From NCBI RefSeq assembly GCF_009931435.1, contig NZ_CP043414.1: a stretch of 64,000 nt of DNA; one strand, 5' to 3'. Origin of the DNA: Escherichia coli (GTDB taxonomy: Bacteria > Pseudomonadota > Gammaproteobacteria > Enterobacterales > Enterobacteriaceae). The notes beneath the pieces were generated by a model. The model was given only the letters and a program-made list of their open reading frames with translations. It was not told the origin of the DNA and did not search any database. A program made the translations under genes and the position numbers. Positions 1 through 14,700 of this stretch are shown one piece after another (the first letter of the stretch is position 1; every line of letters begins with the position of its first letter).

Positions 1-1221
1 AGCATGATGCTCGGCGCAGCAATTGGTGCGCTGTTTAATGGGTGGTTGTCGTTCCGCCTGGGGCGTAAATACAGCCTGATGGCGGGGGCTATCCTTTTTG
101 TGCTCGGTTCGATAGGGTCCGCTTTTGCGACCAGCGTAGAGATGTTAATCGCCGCTCGTGTGGTGCTGGGCATTGCTGTCGGGATCGCGTCTTACACCGC
201 TCCTCTGTATCTTTCTGAAATGGCAAGTGAAAACGTTCGCGGTAAGATGATCAGTATGTACCAGTTGATGGTCACACTCGGCATCGTGCTGGCGTTTTTA
301 TCCGATACAGCGTTCAGTTATAGCGGTAACTGGCGCGCAATGTTGGGGGTTCTTGCTTTACCAGCAGTCCTGCTGATTATTCTGGTGGTCTTCCTGCCAA
401 ATAGCCCGCGCTGGCTGGCGGAAAAGGGGCGTCATATTGAGGCGGAAGAAGTGTTGCGTATGCTGCGCGATACGTCGGAAAAAGCGCGAGAAGAACTCAA
501 CGAAATTCGTGAAAGCCTGAAGTTAAAACAGGGCGGTTGGGCACTGTTTAAGATCAACCGTAACGTCCGTCGTGCTGTGTTTCTCGGTATGTTGTTGCAG
601 GCGATGCAGCAGTTTACCGGTATGAACATCATCATGTACTACGCGCCGCGTATCTTCAAAATGGCGGGTTTTACGACCACAGAACAACAGATGATTGCGA
701 CTCTGGTCGTAGGGCTGACCTTTATGTTCGCCACCTTCATTGCGGTCTTTACGGTAGATAAAGCAGGGCGTAAACCGGCTCTGAAAATTGGTTTCAGCGT
801 GATGGCGTTAGGCACTCTGGTGCTGGGCTATTGCCTGATGCAGTTTGATAACGGTACGGCTTCCAGTGGCTTGTCCTGGCTCTCTGTTGGCATGACGATG
901 ATGTGTATTGCCGGTTATGCGATGAGCGCCGCGCCAGTGGTGTGGATCTTGTGCTCTGAAATTCAGCCGCTGAAATGCCGCGATTTTGGCATCACTTGTT
1001 CGACGACGACAAACTGGGTGTCGAATATGATTATCGGCGCGACCTTCCTGACTCTGCTCGATAGCATTGGTGCGGCAGGTACGTTCTGGCTCTACACTGC
1101 GCTGAACATTGCGTTTGTGGGCATCACTTTCTGGCTCATTCCGGAAACCAAGAATGTCACACTGGAACATATCGAACGCAAACTGATGGCTGGTGAGAAG
1201 TTGAGAAATATCGGCGTCTGA
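1..1221 (+). CDS. araE: Arabinose:H+ symporter, MFS sugar porter (3' portion; gene starts upstream of window)
   Basis: ORF in frame from position 1; sugar-porter TM pattern and C-terminus recognised; synteny with ygeA/lysR/lysA. Confidence 0.8.
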   Translation, partial: SMMLGAAIGALFNGWLSFRLGRKYSLMAGAILFVLGSIGSAFATSVEMLIAARVVLGIAVGIASYTAPLYLSEMASENVRGKMISMYQLMVTLGIVLAFLSDTAFSYSGNWRAMLGVLALPAVLLIILVVFLPNSPRWLAEKGRHIEAEEVLRMLRDTSEKAREELNEIRESLKLKQGGWALFKINRNVRRAVFLGMLLQAMQQFTGMNIIMYYAPRIFKMAGFTTTEQQMIATLVVGLTFMFATFIAVFTVDKAGRKPALKIGFSVMALGTLVLGYCLMQFDNGTASSGLSWLSVGMTMMCIAGYAMSAAPVVWILCSEIQPLKCRDFGITCSTTTNWVSNMIIGATFLTLLDSIGAAGTFWLYTALNIAFVGITFWLIPETKNVTLEHIERKLMAGEKLRNIGV

Positions 1222-1227
1222 TTTCAC

Positions 1228-1260
1228 GGGCCGGATGTGCTGTACATCCGGCCCTTTTTT
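1228..1260 (+). terminator. Rho-independent terminator downstream of araE
   Basis: GC-rich inverted repeat gggccggatgt...acatccggccc followed by T6 run. Confidence 0.7.
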
Positions 1261-1349
1261 CGTTAATAGAGATTGGGCACCTGGCCGTTGAGGCGTTTGT
1301 CTCGTTCCTTATTCAGCCTTGTTGCGGTAACACACATCAGGAGAGAGGA

Positions 1350-2042
1350 ATGAAAACAATTGGTTTGCTGGGAGGAATGAGTTGGGAATCCACTATTCCT
1401 TATTATCGTCTGATTAATGAAGGTATTAAACAGCGGCTTGGTGGGCTTCACTCTGCGCAAGTGCTGCTACATAGCGTCGATTTTCATGAAATAGAAGAGT
1501 GCCAGCGTCGCGGCGAGTGGGACAAAACCGGGGATATTCTGGCTGAGGCGGCGCTTGGCTTACAGCGGGCGGGCGCAGAAGGCATTGTGTTATGTACCAA
1601 TACGATGCACAAAGTGGCGGATGCCATTGAGTCTCGTTGCTCGCTGCCTTTCTTACATATAGCGGATGCCACCGGACGTGCAATTACCGGGGCCGGAATG
1701 ACTCGTGTGGCGCTGCTGGGTACGCGTTACACCATGGAACAGGATTTTTATCGCGGGCGGCTGACGGAACATTTTTCCATCAACTGTCTCATTCCTGAAG
1801 CGGATGAACGGGCGAAAATTAATCAGATTATTTTTGAAGAACTGTGTCTGGGGCAATTTACCGAAGCGTCACGCACTTATTATGCGCAAGTGATTGCTCG
1901 CCTTGCAGAACAGGGCGCACAGGGTGTCATTTTTGGCTGTACGGAAATTGGTTTACTGGTGCCAGAAGAGCGCAGTGTTCTGCCTGTGTTTGATACTGCG
2001 GCGATCCATGCCGAGGATGCTGTCGCTTTTATGCTGTCGTAG
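1350..2042 (+). CDS. ygeA: Asp/Glu-type amino-acid racemase
   Basis: 230 aa ORF, racemase family motifs, RBS aggagagagg 5' of ATG; position between araE and lysR. Confidence 0.8.
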   Translation: MKTIGLLGGMSWESTIPYYRLINEGIKQRLGGLHSAQVLLHSVDFHEIEECQRRGEWDKTGDILAEAALGLQRAGAEGIVLCTNTMHKVADAIESRCSLPFLHIADATGRAITGAGMTRVALLGTRYTMEQDFYRGRLTEHFSINCLIPEADERAKINQIIFEELCLGQFTEASRTYYAQVIARLAEQGAQGVIFGCTEIGLLVPEERSVLPVFDTAAIHAEDAVAFMLS

Positions 2043-2964
2043 CTGACGACAAAATAGCGTCAAGAGAAGTGACCAGTTTCGGTAATCCCGCTTGTAAATG
2101 CTCACTAAACGCCTGAACCAGCGCTGATGACGGGCGGTGCAGGGGGCGGATCAGGCTGACGGTGAACGGAACCGCAATACTGAACCGCCGTACCACTAAA
2201 CCGCTTGCCGCATAATCCAGTGCGGTGAGCGGGTTAACCACCGAAACACCTACCCCCGCCCGTACCATTGCGCAGACTGATGCGGCGCTGTGGGTTTCTA
2301 CGATCATGCGTCGTTTAACCTGATTCTCAGTAAACAATTGATCCAGCAACTGGCGATAGCTGTCAGTACGGGAAAGGCTGATGTAGTTCTCACCCTGAAA
2401 ATCATCCGGCGTTAATACCTTTTTTACCGCCAGCGGATGATCCGGGGGTAACACACATACTTCATCTAAAGAGAGTAATTCGGTACGTTCTGTTCCCGCA
2501 GGCGTATGGAGTGTCTCGGTGAGTCCTAAATCATGACGCTGGGCCGAGAGCCACTCTTCAAGTAGCGGTGACTCCTGCGGCACGATATTTAAGCTGACAT
2601 CGGGATAACGTGCCAGAAAGGGTTGCAGGAGCTGCGGTAAAAAAGATTGCGAAAAGACCGGCAGGCAGGCAATAGACAGTTCTCCCTGGCGAAACTCGCG
2701 CAGACTTTCTGCGGCACTGACAATGCGATCCAGTCCGTACCAGGATCGTTGCACTTCTTCAAACAGACGCAGTCCTTGCACGGTAGGATGTAATCGTCCA
2801 CGTATGCGCTCAAACAATTTCAGCCCGATCACCTTCTCAAAGCGCGCCAGTTCGCGGCTGACGGTTGGCTGTGAGGTGTGTAGCAGGTGTGCCGCCTCAG
2901 TCAGGCTTCCGGCGGTCATTACCGCATGAAAAATTTCAATATGACGTAAGTTAACGGCGGCCAT
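2029..2964 (-). CDS. lysR: LysR-type transcriptional activator of lysA
   Basis: 311 aa, N-terminal HTH; divergent from lysA. Confidence 0.9.
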   Translation of the reverse strand: MAAVNLRHIEIFHAVMTAGSLTEAAHLLHTSQPTVSRELARFEKVIGLKLFERIRGRLHPTVQGLRLFEEVQRSWYGLDRIVSAAESLREFRQGELSIACLPVFSQSFLPQLLQPFLARYPDVSLNIVPQESPLLEEWLSAQRHDLGLTETLHTPAGTERTELLSLDEVCVLPPDHPLAVKKVLTPDDFQGENYISLSRTDSYRQLLDQLFTENQVKRRMIVETHSAASVCAMVRAGVGVSVVNPLTALDYAASGLVVRRFSIAVPFTVSLIRPLHRPSSALVQAFSEHLQAGLPKLVTSLDAILSSATTA

Positions 2965-3085
2965 TAGCGCTCTCTCGCAATCCGGTAATCCATATCATTT
3001 TTGCATAGACTCGACATAAATCGATATTTTTTATTCTTTTTATGATGTGGCGTAATCATAAAAAAGCACTTATCTGGAGTTTGTT

Positions 3086-4348
3086 ATGCCACATTCACTG
3101 TTCAGCACCGATACCGACCTCACCGCCGAAAATCTGCTGCGTTTGCCCGCAGAATTTGGCTGCCCGGTGTGGGTCTACGATGCGCAAATTATTCGTCGGC
3201 AGATTGCAGCGCTGAAACAGTTTGATGTGGTGCGCTTTGCACAGAAAGCCTGTTCCAATATTCATATTTTGCGCTTAATGCGTGAGCAGGGCGTAAAAGT
3301 GGATTCCGTCTCGTTAGGCGAAATAGAGCGTGCACTGGTGGCGGGTTACAATCCGCAAACGCACCCCGATGATATTGTTTTTACGGCAGATGTTATCGAT
3401 CAGGCGACGCTTGAACGCGTCAGTGAATTGCAAATTCCGGTGAATGCGGGTTCTGTTGATATGCTCGACCAACTGGGTCAGGTTTCGCCAGGGCATCGGG
3501 TATGGCTGCGTGTTAATCCGGGGTTTGGTCACGGGCATAGCCAAAAAACCAATACCGGTGGCGAAAACAGCAAGCACGGTATCTGGTACACCGATCTGCC
3601 CGCCGCACTGGACGTGATACAACGTCATCATTTGCAGCTGGTCGGCATTCACATGCACATTGGTTCTGGCGTTGATTATGCCCATCTGGAACAGGTATGT
3701 GGTGCTATGGTGCGTCAGGTCCTCGAATTCGGTCAGGATTTACAGGCTATTTCTGCGGGCGGTGGGCTTTCTATTCCTTATCAACAGGGTGAAGAGGCGG
3801 TTGATACCGAACATTATTATGGTCTGTGGAATGCCGCGCGTGAGCAAATCGCCCGCCATTTGGGCCATCCTGTGAAACTGGAAATTGAACCGGGTCGCTT
3901 TCTGGTAGCGCAGGCTGGCGTATTAATTACTCAAGTGCGGAGCGTCAAACAAATGGGTAGCCGCCACTTTGTGCTGGTTGATGCCGGGTTCAACGATCTG
4001 ATGCGCCCGGCAATGTACGGTAGTTACCACCATATCAGTGCCCTGGCATCTGATGGTCGTTCTCTGGAACACGCACCAACGGTGGAAACCGTCGTCGCCG
4101 GACCGTTATGTGAATCGGGCGATGTCTTTACCCAGCAGGAAGGGGGAAATGTCGAAACCCGCGCCTTGCCGGAAGTGAAGGCAGGTGATTATCTGGTACT
4201 GCATGATACAGGGGCATATGGCGCATCAATGTCATCCAACTACAATAGCCGTCCGCTGTTACCAGAAGTTCTGTTTGATAATGGTCAGGCGCGGTTGATT
4301 CGCCGACGCCAGACCATTGAAGAATTACTGGCGCTGGAATTGCTTTAA
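3086..4348 (+). CDS. lysA: Diaminopimelate decarboxylase
   Basis: 420 aa, PLP-dependent Orn/DAP decarboxylase fold; recognised sequence. Confidence 0.95.
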   Translation: MPHSLFSTDTDLTAENLLRLPAEFGCPVWVYDAQIIRRQIAALKQFDVVRFAQKACSNIHILRLMREQGVKVDSVSLGEIERALVAGYNPQTHPDDIVFTADVIDQATLERVSELQIPVNAGSVDMLDQLGQVSPGHRVWLRVNPGFGHGHSQKTNTGGENSKHGIWYTDLPAALDVIQRHHLQLVGIHMHIGSGVDYAHLEQVCGAMVRQVLEFGQDLQAISAGGGLSIPYQQGEEAVDTEHYYGLWNAAREQIARHLGHPVKLEIEPGRFLVAQAGVLITQVRSVKQMGSRHFVLVDAGFNDLMRPAMYGSYHHISALASDGRSLEHAPTVETVVAGPLCESGDVFTQQEGGNVETRALPEVKAGDYLVLHDTGAYGASMSSNYNSRPLLPEVLFDNGQARLIRRRQTIEELLALELL

Positions 4349-4354
4349 CTGCGG

Positions 4355-5386
4355 TTAGTCGCTGGTTGCATGATGACTTGCCTCCAGCGACGGAGTTGAC
4401 ACTGAATGGCGACGTACCAGCGTCGGACTAAAGACATTAGTGATTTCCGGGAGAGGGCGATTATCAGCCAGCGCCAAAGCCAGTTCGGCAGCCTGGGTCG
4501 CCATCGTCACGATTGGGTAACGCACGGTGGTCAGACGCGGGCGCACATAGCGTGACACCAGCACATCATCAAAGCCAATTAACGAAATCTCACCCGGTAC
4601 TTCAATACCATTATCATTGAGAACGCCCATCGCACCCGCCGCCATTGAATCGTTATAACAGGCTACCGCAGTGAAATTCCTTCCGCGTCCCAAAAGCTCG
4701 GTCATTGCCTGTTCGCCGCCGCTTTCGTCTGGTTCGCCAAATGTCACTAGCCGGTCATTGGCCGGAATACCACTTTCAGCAAGGGCATCGTAATACCCTT
4801 GCAGACGATCTTCGGCGTCAGAAATAGAGTGGTTAGAGCACAGATAACCAATGCGGGTATGACCTTGCTGAATTAAATGACGCGTTGCCAGCCAGGCACC
4901 GTAACGATCGTCCAGAGCAATACAACGGTTTTCAAAGCCAGGCAGGATACGGTTGATCAGCACCATACCGGGCATTTGTTTCATTAATGAGGCTAAATCG
5001 GCATCCGGGATCATTTTGGCATGGACAACCAGCGCAGCACAGCGGTGGCGGATCAGTTGCTCAATGGCCTGACGCTCTTTTTGTTCGTTGTGGTAACCGT
5101 TGCCAATCAATAAAAAATTACCAGTGTGATAAGCCACCTGCTCGACCGCTTTCACCATTGCACCGAAAAACGGATCGGAAACATCACCAACGACCAGACC
5201 GACCGTTTCAGTGGTCTGTTGCGCCAGCGCACGGGCGTTGGCGTTCGGGTGATAACTAAGAGACTCCATTGCACTATGCACAGCCAGCCGGGAGGCTTCG
5301 CTGGCTTTGGGTGAATTATTAATGACGCGGGAAACGGTGGCGACTGAAACGCCTGCCAGTCGGGCTACATCCTTTATGGTCGCCAT
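4355..5386 (-). CDS. galR: Galactose operon repressor, LacI family
   Basis: 343 aa, N-terminal HTH MATIKDVARLAGVSVATVSRV; convergent with lysA. Confidence 0.9.
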   Translation of the reverse strand: MATIKDVARLAGVSVATVSRVINNSPKASEASRLAVHSAMESLSYHPNANARALAQQTTETVGLVVGDVSDPFFGAMVKAVEQVAYHTGNFLLIGNGYHNEQKERQAIEQLIRHRCAALVVHAKMIPDADLASLMKQMPGMVLINRILPGFENRCIALDDRYGAWLATRHLIQQGHTRIGYLCSNHSISDAEDRLQGYYDALAESGIPANDRLVTFGEPDESGGEQAMTELLGRGRNFTAVACYNDSMAAGAMGVLNDNGIEVPGEISLIGFDDVLVSRYVRPRLTTVRYPIVTMATQAAELALALADNRPLPEITNVFSPTLVRRHSVSTPSLEASHHATSD

Positions 5387-5400
5387 GAAAATACCTTAGT

Positions 5401-5416
5401 GGGTAAACGCTTACAT
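5401..5416. promoter_or_regulatory. Putative GalR/GalS-type operator upstream of galR
   Basis: gggtaaacgcttacat matches 14 of 16 positions of the gal operator consensus GTGKAANCGNTTMCAC as I recall it; about 15 bp upstream of the galR start. Confidence 0.35.
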
Positions 5417-5599
5417 TCTGTCAGTGTTACGGAAAATACCTGTTGGTTCAAGTGGCGACGTGTTTTCATCGTGGGAATGTGAGCCAAACGCAAATAAATA
5501 AGACAAAAAAAGAGATTGCAAACCTTTGGTTACACTTTGCGAAACGCTGTTGCGATTGACCGCTGGTTGCGTTTGGCTTCAGGTTGCTAAAGTGGTGGT

Positions 5600-5681
5600 C
5601 CCAGAGGTATTGATAGGTGAAGTCAACTTCGGGTTGAGCACATGAATTACACCAGCCTGCGCAGATGCGCAGGTTTTTTTT
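5600..5681 (+). ncRNA. omrB: OmrB small RNA (OmpR-regulated, Hfq-dependent)
   Basis: Conserved 5' end cccagaggtattgat, 3' terminator hairpin cctgcgcagatgcgcagg plus T-run; tandem with omrA. Confidence 0.85.
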
Positions 5682-5796
5682 TGCCGGTCATCAATCTGTA
5701 ACAGTAACCGACAATTTACACACCTCGTTGCATTTCCCTTCATTCCTTTGCGTTTTATCGCTGGCGAAGAGTCGTCGTGCAGACCACAATCAAGAT

Positions 5797-5884
5797 CCCA
5801 GAGGTATTGATTGGTGAGATTATTCGGTACGCTCTTCGTACCCTGTCTCTTGCACCAACCTGCGCGGATGCGCAGGTTTTTTTT
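5797..5884 (+). ncRNA. omrA: OmrA small RNA
   Basis: Same conserved 5' end, terminator cctgcgcggatgcgcagg plus T8; 88 bp upstream of aas. Confidence 0.85.
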
Positions 5885-5950
5885 CGCACCTAATTTACTG
5901 TCGCTCGCGTTCTTTATCTCGTGTAATCTCCCTCCATTCGCTTTTACTGA

Positions 5951-9317
<3,367 letters not shown>

Positions 9318-9321
9318 GCTT

Positions 9322-9352
9322 TCACCAGATGGCATATTCAGCCATCTGGTGA
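9322..9352. terminator. Hairpin between convergent lplT and the DUF4139 gene
   Basis: Perfect 12-bp inverted repeat tcaccagatggc / gccatctggtga with 7-nt loop; no clear U-tract. Confidence 0.4.
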
Positions 9353-9355
9353 AGA

Positions 9356-11011
9356 TCACATTCCCGAAGGGTGCATACCTTTCGGATACTTCACGCTGTA
9401 TGAGAATGGCAGACTCACGTTCTCTTTGCCTGACAGTTTCAGCGTCCAGGACAGTTCACCCGTCTTCGCATCAAACTGTGCCTGGCCATATTGCATTTTT
9501 TCCACCGTAATATCACTGTTAGCACTGACTGGGATCTGGTCGAGTAGAGTGATATCCACCGCTTCGCCGTAGCTGTTCTTTACATTGAGGGTGTAACTGA
9601 AGTTGCGTACCGCGCTGTCGTTAAAGATAGATAACGCATTCTCTTTTTTGAGTACGGCTTTACGCTGAATAATCAGCTTAGGATCGCGGTTAAGCTGAAT
9701 ATCCAGCGACTTACCATCTTCTGGCGGCTGCAAATAGCCCACGCCGGTACGGTTGTTACCAAAGAAGATCTGACTTTCGCCGGGGATTAAATTTAACTGT
9801 TCCCACTCTTTAATTTGCACCTGGAGATACGCGTCATTACTGATCTTCGGAATAGCAAAGAAGCGATATTTACCGCTGACCGACTCTTCCTTAATGACCA
9901 CCGTGCGCGCGGTATTATCGCTGTCGATTTGCCACGGCAGCGAAAGCGCATAGCGGACATTTTGCGCAGTGAAACTTTCTGGTCGAGCCGAAGCTGGCAC
10001 TGCCTGTTCGGCATACTTGCGCCCGGCTTGTCGCTCCCTTGTTTTTTGCATCTCTGCCACCAGGGTTTTCTGCAATTCTGAGGCATCCTGGTTAGACGAA
10101 TATTCCGAACGCTGTTCCATCACGGGTGATGCTGAAAGCGAGCCGCTTACACCACCATACTCCGGAACATCCACATACAGGGTTTCCAGGTGTGGCAACG
10201 TAAGATGAGTATCAGGTTCACTGGTCGAGAGCACGAGATTAACGCCTTTCCAGGGCAACCCCGTATACTGGCGAATATTAGCCTTGTAAACCAGACGCAG
10301 CGGCTGGTTTATGGCAGTGGCGTGAATATCATAGATCGGCGTCCAGGTAGCATCAGGGGTCATATAACGTACCACCGCTTTCGCTGTGACGGCTTTTGGG
10401 GCATAGACCTTAGCGACAATAACCTGCGGATCATTGGCTGCCACCGAATCGCCGTTACTCATGCTCTCGCGTTGCTCCAGCTTTTCAATTTCAAGCTGCT
10501 TATCAGCAAGTTTCTGCGTCAACTCATTGTCGGCTCGTAATAACTCACCATTTTTCTCTTTCACCATTTGCAGATACTTGCCAACTTCGGCGGCACTTTT
10601 ATTGGTTAATGTGCTATTTGCCTCTAATACCTTAATTTGAGCCGCGATATTGTTTTTCTCGGCGGTCAGTTTTGCCTGTTCCACCTTTGCTGCTTTTAAC
10701 TGTTGCTGAATATCTGACGGCAGCGCATTCGGCTGTGTTTCCATTAGCGCGATACGTGAGGAAAGCACAGTCACTCCGTTATCGATAGAAATGGCGATGC
10801 TGTCGTCGGTTACCGAATTGGCGATATTAGTGAAAATAATTTCGCTTTCACCTGCCGGTAAGTTGAGTGTCTCTTCACCTTGTAGGCTGGCACCATGCAG
10901 ATAAACAGTGACGTCTTTGAGTGTTAGCGGTTGAGTTAACTGCGCCCCCCAAGCGGAGGACAGACACCCGGTAAGCAACATGGCGAGGGGAATAGGTTTG
11001 AAAATCAACAT
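9356..11011 (-). CDS. DUF4140/DUF4139-family putative lipoprotein with central coiled coil (MuiA-like); function unknown
   Basis: 551 aa from the ATG at 11011 (RBS aagga 7 nt upstream; ORF-track TTG at 11026 less likely); signal peptide with lipobox LLTGC; DUF4140-like N-terminus, coiled-coil segment, DUF4139-like C-terminus. Confidence 0.75.
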   Translation of the reverse strand: MLIFKPIPLAMLLTGCLSSAWGAQLTQPLTLKDVTVYLHGASLQGEETLNLPAGESEIIFTNIANSVTDDSIAISIDNGVTVLSSRIALMETQPNALPSDIQQQLKAAKVEQAKLTAEKNNIAAQIKVLEANSTLTNKSAAEVGKYLQMVKEKNGELLRADNELTQKLADKQLEIEKLEQRESMSNGDSVAANDPQVIVAKVYAPKAVTAKAVVRYMTPDATWTPIYDIHATAINQPLRLVYKANIRQYTGLPWKGVNLVLSTSEPDTHLTLPHLETLYVDVPEYGGVSGSLSASPVMEQRSEYSSNQDASELQKTLVAEMQKTRERQAGRKYAEQAVPASARPESFTAQNVRYALSLPWQIDSDNTARTVVIKEESVSGKYRFFAIPKISNDAYLQVQIKEWEQLNLIPGESQIFFGNNRTGVGYLQPPEDGKSLDIQLNRDPKLIIQRKAVLKKENALSIFNDSAVRNFSYTLNVKNSYGEAVDITLLDQIPVSANSDITVEKMQYGQAQFDAKTGELSWTLKLSGKENVSLPFSYSVKYPKGMHPSGM

Positions 11012-11168
11012 GGTTATCCTTAACAATGGGCACAGACATTGAAACGCGCGCTGGCGTTGGCCAAAGGAGTCTATTGCTCTTTGTCAGGAAAGATGTGGCG
11101 AAAAGTAGTGAATATATTCTGAAAAGTGGGGAAAAGAGACGCCTGGTGCAAAACACCAGGCGAAAGGA

Positions 11169-12209
11169 TCACGGTGCCGGATAAGTATAAACCTGATGTA
11201 CCGCTTCAATTTCAGCTAATACGTCTTCGCTTAACTCCAGATGCAAACTTTCGACGTTAGTTTTCAGCTGCTCCATCGTGGTTGCGCCCAGCAGAGTGCT
11301 GGCAACAAACGGTTGACGGCGTACAAACGCGAGCGCCATCTGAGCAGGATCCAGACCATGACGTCTGGCAATATCAACATACGCCGCGACGGCTTTTTGC
11401 GTTTGCTCACCGCTATAGCGGGTGAACCGACTAAAGAGCGTATTACGTGCGCCAGCGGGTTTTGCACCGTTGAGATATTTCCCGGTCAGCGTGCCGAAAC
11501 CCAGGCACGAATAGGCCAGCAGCTCGACCCCTTCATACTGGCTGACTTCTGCCAGACCTACTTCAAAACTGCGGTTTAACAGACTGTAAGGGTTCTGAAT
11601 GGTGACAATACGCGGCAGATCGTGTTTGTCCGCCAGATGCAGGTAGCGCATTACGCCAAATGCAGTTTCGTTCGACACGCCGATATAACGAATTTTTCCC
11701 GCGCGTTGGTACTCTGCCAGTGCGTCCAGCGTATCCAGTAACGAAACCGCAGGGGCAGAATCTGTCCAGCTATAACCGAGTTTGCCGAAGCAGTTGGTCG
11801 GGCGCTGCGGCCAGTGCACCTGATAAAGATCGAGGTAATCAGTCTGCAGGCGCTTGAGGCTGTCATGCAGCGCTTCGCGGATATTCTTCCGATCCAGCGC
11901 CTGATCCGGGCGGATGCCCTTGTCATTATTGCGCGACGGTCCGCTCACTTTGGAGGCGATAATTAACTTTTCGCGGCTGCCATGTTTCGCCAGCCAGTTA
12001 CCGACGTAGGTTTCGGTTAACCCTTGCGTTTCGGGGCGCGGCGGCACTGGGTACATTTCGGCAACGTCGATAAGGTTAATGCCCTGAGCGACGGCATAGT
12101 CGAGTTGTGCGTGGGCGTCGGCTTCGCTGTTCTGTTCACCAAACGTCATCGTGCCAAGCCCCAGCGTGCTGACTTCCAGCGAACTGTGGGGTATACGGTG
12201 ATATTGCAT
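11169..12209 (-). CDS. tas: NADP(H)-dependent aldo-keto reductase
   Basis: 346 aa AKR family; recognised sequence. Confidence 0.9.
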   Translation of the reverse strand: MQYHRIPHSSLEVSTLGLGTMTFGEQNSEADAHAQLDYAVAQGINLIDVAEMYPVPPRPETQGLTETYVGNWLAKHGSREKLIIASKVSGPSRNNDKGIRPDQALDRKNIREALHDSLKRLQTDYLDLYQVHWPQRPTNCFGKLGYSWTDSAPAVSLLDTLDALAEYQRAGKIRYIGVSNETAFGVMRYLHLADKHDLPRIVTIQNPYSLLNRSFEVGLAEVSQYEGVELLAYSCLGFGTLTGKYLNGAKPAGARNTLFSRFTRYSGEQTQKAVAAYVDIARRHGLDPAQMALAFVRRQPFVASTLLGATTMEQLKTNVESLHLELSEDVLAEIEAVHQVYTYPAP

Positions 12210-12316
12210 AGCCGTTTCCTTTTTATAATCACGACATAAGGAATATAAAAATGGCAGAGGGAAGGGAAAAGGGAAAGCGAAAAATCTTAAGGCCAGCCGG
12301 ATGCTGACCTTATTTT

Positions 12317-12535
12317 TTAACGTTCAATAATTTGCGAAACATCATCACGGTTAATTTGCATCGCGTTACCTTGCTGATCGTGATAACTCACCAGCCCGGT
12401 ATCATCATCAATTTCAGGTTTTCCATCGGTCAAAATCATACGGCCATCTTTGGTCGCCATGACGTAATCACTGGAACACCCGGAAACAGCAAACGCCAGT
12501 CCGACTGCAGAAATTATTACTGCCCATTTTTTCAT
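12317..12535 (-). CDS. ygdR: Small DUF903 lipoprotein
   Basis: 72 aa, signal peptide with lipobox VSGC; paralog of the ORF at 46165-46392. Confidence 0.8.
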
Positions 12536-12671
12536 CCGGTTATCCTCATTTGGCCCACCTATGATAATAGTCTGTTTATAAATGGACGTTATATATCTTG
12601 AAAGCAGGAAAATCTTAAATTGTGAGGCTAACAGGAGTGAGTACGCTCTCCTGCAGGAGAGCGTACGGATA

Positions 12672-13385
12672 TCAAAGTGGATTTTTTTTGTTGCGAATCA
12701 GGTTGAGGCTTTCAACCGCAATAGAGAAGAACATCGCGAAGTAGATGTAACCTTTCGGTACGTGGATGTCGAAACTTTCCAGAATCAGGGTAAAGCCCAC
12801 CAGAATCAGGAAAGAGAGCGCCAGCATTTTTACCGAAGGATGGCGTTCGACAAAATCACCAATGGAGCGCGCGGCAAACATCATCACGCCTACGGCAATC
12901 ACCACGGCTGCCATCATAATAAACAGGTGATCTGACAGACCCACAGCGGTAATCACCGAGTCGAGGCTGAAGATAATATCCAGCAGCATAATTTGCACGA
13001 TAGCGCCGAGGAATGATGAAACGCGTGATTTCAGCCCTTCTTCTTCACCTTCGATGGATTCGTGGATTTCCTTGCTGGCTTTCCAGATAAGGAACAAGCC
13101 ACCCAGAAGCAGAATCAAATCACGGGCGGAAATTTCCTGGCTGAATATTGTAAAAAGCGGATTTGTCAGGCGCGTAACCCAGGCGATTGATGCCAGCAGC
13201 GCCAGACGCATAACCATGGCTCCCGCCAACCCCAGACGCCGCGCATGAGCACGTTGTGCTGTGGGGAGCTTTGCCACCACCAGAGAAAGAAAAATAATAT
13301 TGTCGATCCCAAGAACGATCTCCAGCAGCGTCAGCGTACCGAGCGCAAGCCAGGCGTTAGGATCGGTTATCCATGCAAATAACAT
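12672..13385 (-). CDS. ygdQ: TerC-family inner membrane protein
   Basis: 237 aa polytopic membrane protein. Confidence 0.8.
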
Positions 13386-13453
13386 CTAAAAAGCCCTGCC
13401 AAAAAAATGAAGCGGTAATTATATGCCCGGAAAGCGGCAGGTCAAAGCGATGG

Positions 13454-14143
13454 CTACTGGATCAGAAAATGACGGGCCAGCAGCGCACTGGTGAAATTCT
13501 TCTTCAAATAAAAGCCACGCGGCAGCGTCAAAATCCGTTCGCCCCGGGCACCAATGGCTTCGGTAAGCGCTTTCGCATTCGCTGCTTTCGGGCGTATCTG
13601 TAAATACTCCCCGTGACGAGCGGTGATCCGCTCAACCTGACCGAGAACAATCATATCCATTAATTCTTCCCAGTCTTCGCGCAGTTGCCGGTCTTCCTCT
13701 TCATTCGGGCTCCATAGCAATGGTGATCCTACGCGACGCTGCGCCAGCGGGATGCTACGTTCGCCTTCAACCGGTATCCACAGCACGCGTTTGAGCTTGT
13801 GGCGCACGTGGCTGGTTTCCCAGGTCACTCCACTATTGCCCGTTAATGGGGCAACACAAACGAATGTTGTTTCCAGCGGACGCCCAAGACTATCCACAGG
13901 AATAGTTTTAAGTTCCACACCCAGAGCAGCAAAATCTTGTTCTGGTTTACTCCCTGCACTGGCACCTAGCCAGATCTCCAGCAACACGCCGATCCAGCCC
14001 TTATCGCGTTTTAAATTCTCCGGCGTCACCAGCCCGGCAAGTGCCGCCAGTTCACCCAGTGTATAACCGGAAAGTTGCTGTGCTTGCGCTAACAACTGTG
14101 CTTCTGTTTCGGGAGGAGAAAGCAGTGGGCGAGGTTGGGACAT
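13454..14143 (-). CDS. mutH: DNA mismatch repair endonuclease MutH
   Basis: 229 aa; recognised sequence. Confidence 0.95.
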   Translation of the reverse strand: MSQPRPLLSPPETEAQLLAQAQQLSGYTLGELAALAGLVTPENLKRDKGWIGVLLEIWLGASAGSKPEQDFAALGVELKTIPVDSLGRPLETTFVCVAPLTGNSGVTWETSHVRHKLKRVLWIPVEGERSIPLAQRRVGSPLLWSPNEEEDRQLREDWEELMDMIVLGQVERITARHGEYLQIRPKAANAKALTEAIGARGERILTLPRGFYLKKNFTSALLARHFLIQ

Positions 14144-14299
14144 GTCATGATACCTTGGTTAAAAAACAAACAGCTGTTCTTTGCCGAATATTCGCAGTGT
14201 AACTTTTTCCACATGCGTTATTCAATTCTATGATTTATATTGCTTTTTAGATTGTCGGTAATCGAGTTGCGCAACACTGCAACGGGTTTTCCAAATCTG

Positions 14300-14700
14300 G
14301 TCACTGAAAATAAACAGGATCTTACACCATGTTATCCACAGAAAGCTGGGATAACTGTGAAAAACCTCCACTACTGTTTCCATTTACAGCCTTGACGTGC
14401 GACGAAACTCCAGTTTTTAGTGGTTCAGTGCTTAACTTAGTGGCACATTCTGTGGATAAATACGGCGTTGGTTGATCTTTCGCCAACCTGTAAATGAGAG
14501 GTGTGACCTGGGTCACGAATTACTCCTTTTTATTACTTAAATTACATGTAATGCATTGACTAGTAATGATTATTTTAAAGTGTCGATATCAGGCTTATTC
14601 AGAATGCTCCGGGTTTTCCCGTAGTAATTCCGTAGTTCTTCACAACTCTATCCACAGAAAAGGTGAATAAAAACGGCTATCCACCCCTTCCTCTGTTTAT
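14300..14700. promoter_or_regulatory. DnaA-box cluster in the mutH-rppH intergenic region, consistent with DARS2
   Basis: Perfect DnaA boxes TTATCCACA at 14332-14340 (+) and TGTGGATAA at 14451-14459 (box on minus strand); near-consensus CTATCCACA at 14648-14656; AT-rich 684-bp non-coding region. Confidence 0.5.

Noticed and set aside
12582-12935. 117-aa histidine-rich ORF on the plus strand
   Set aside because: Antisense to ygdQ, a conserved membrane protein gene; no RBS
14322-14516. 64-aa ORF on the minus strand in the mutH-rppH intergenic region
   Set aside because: It overlaps the DnaA-box cluster, has no convincing RBS and low-complexity composition; the region is better explained as DARS2-like regulatory DNA
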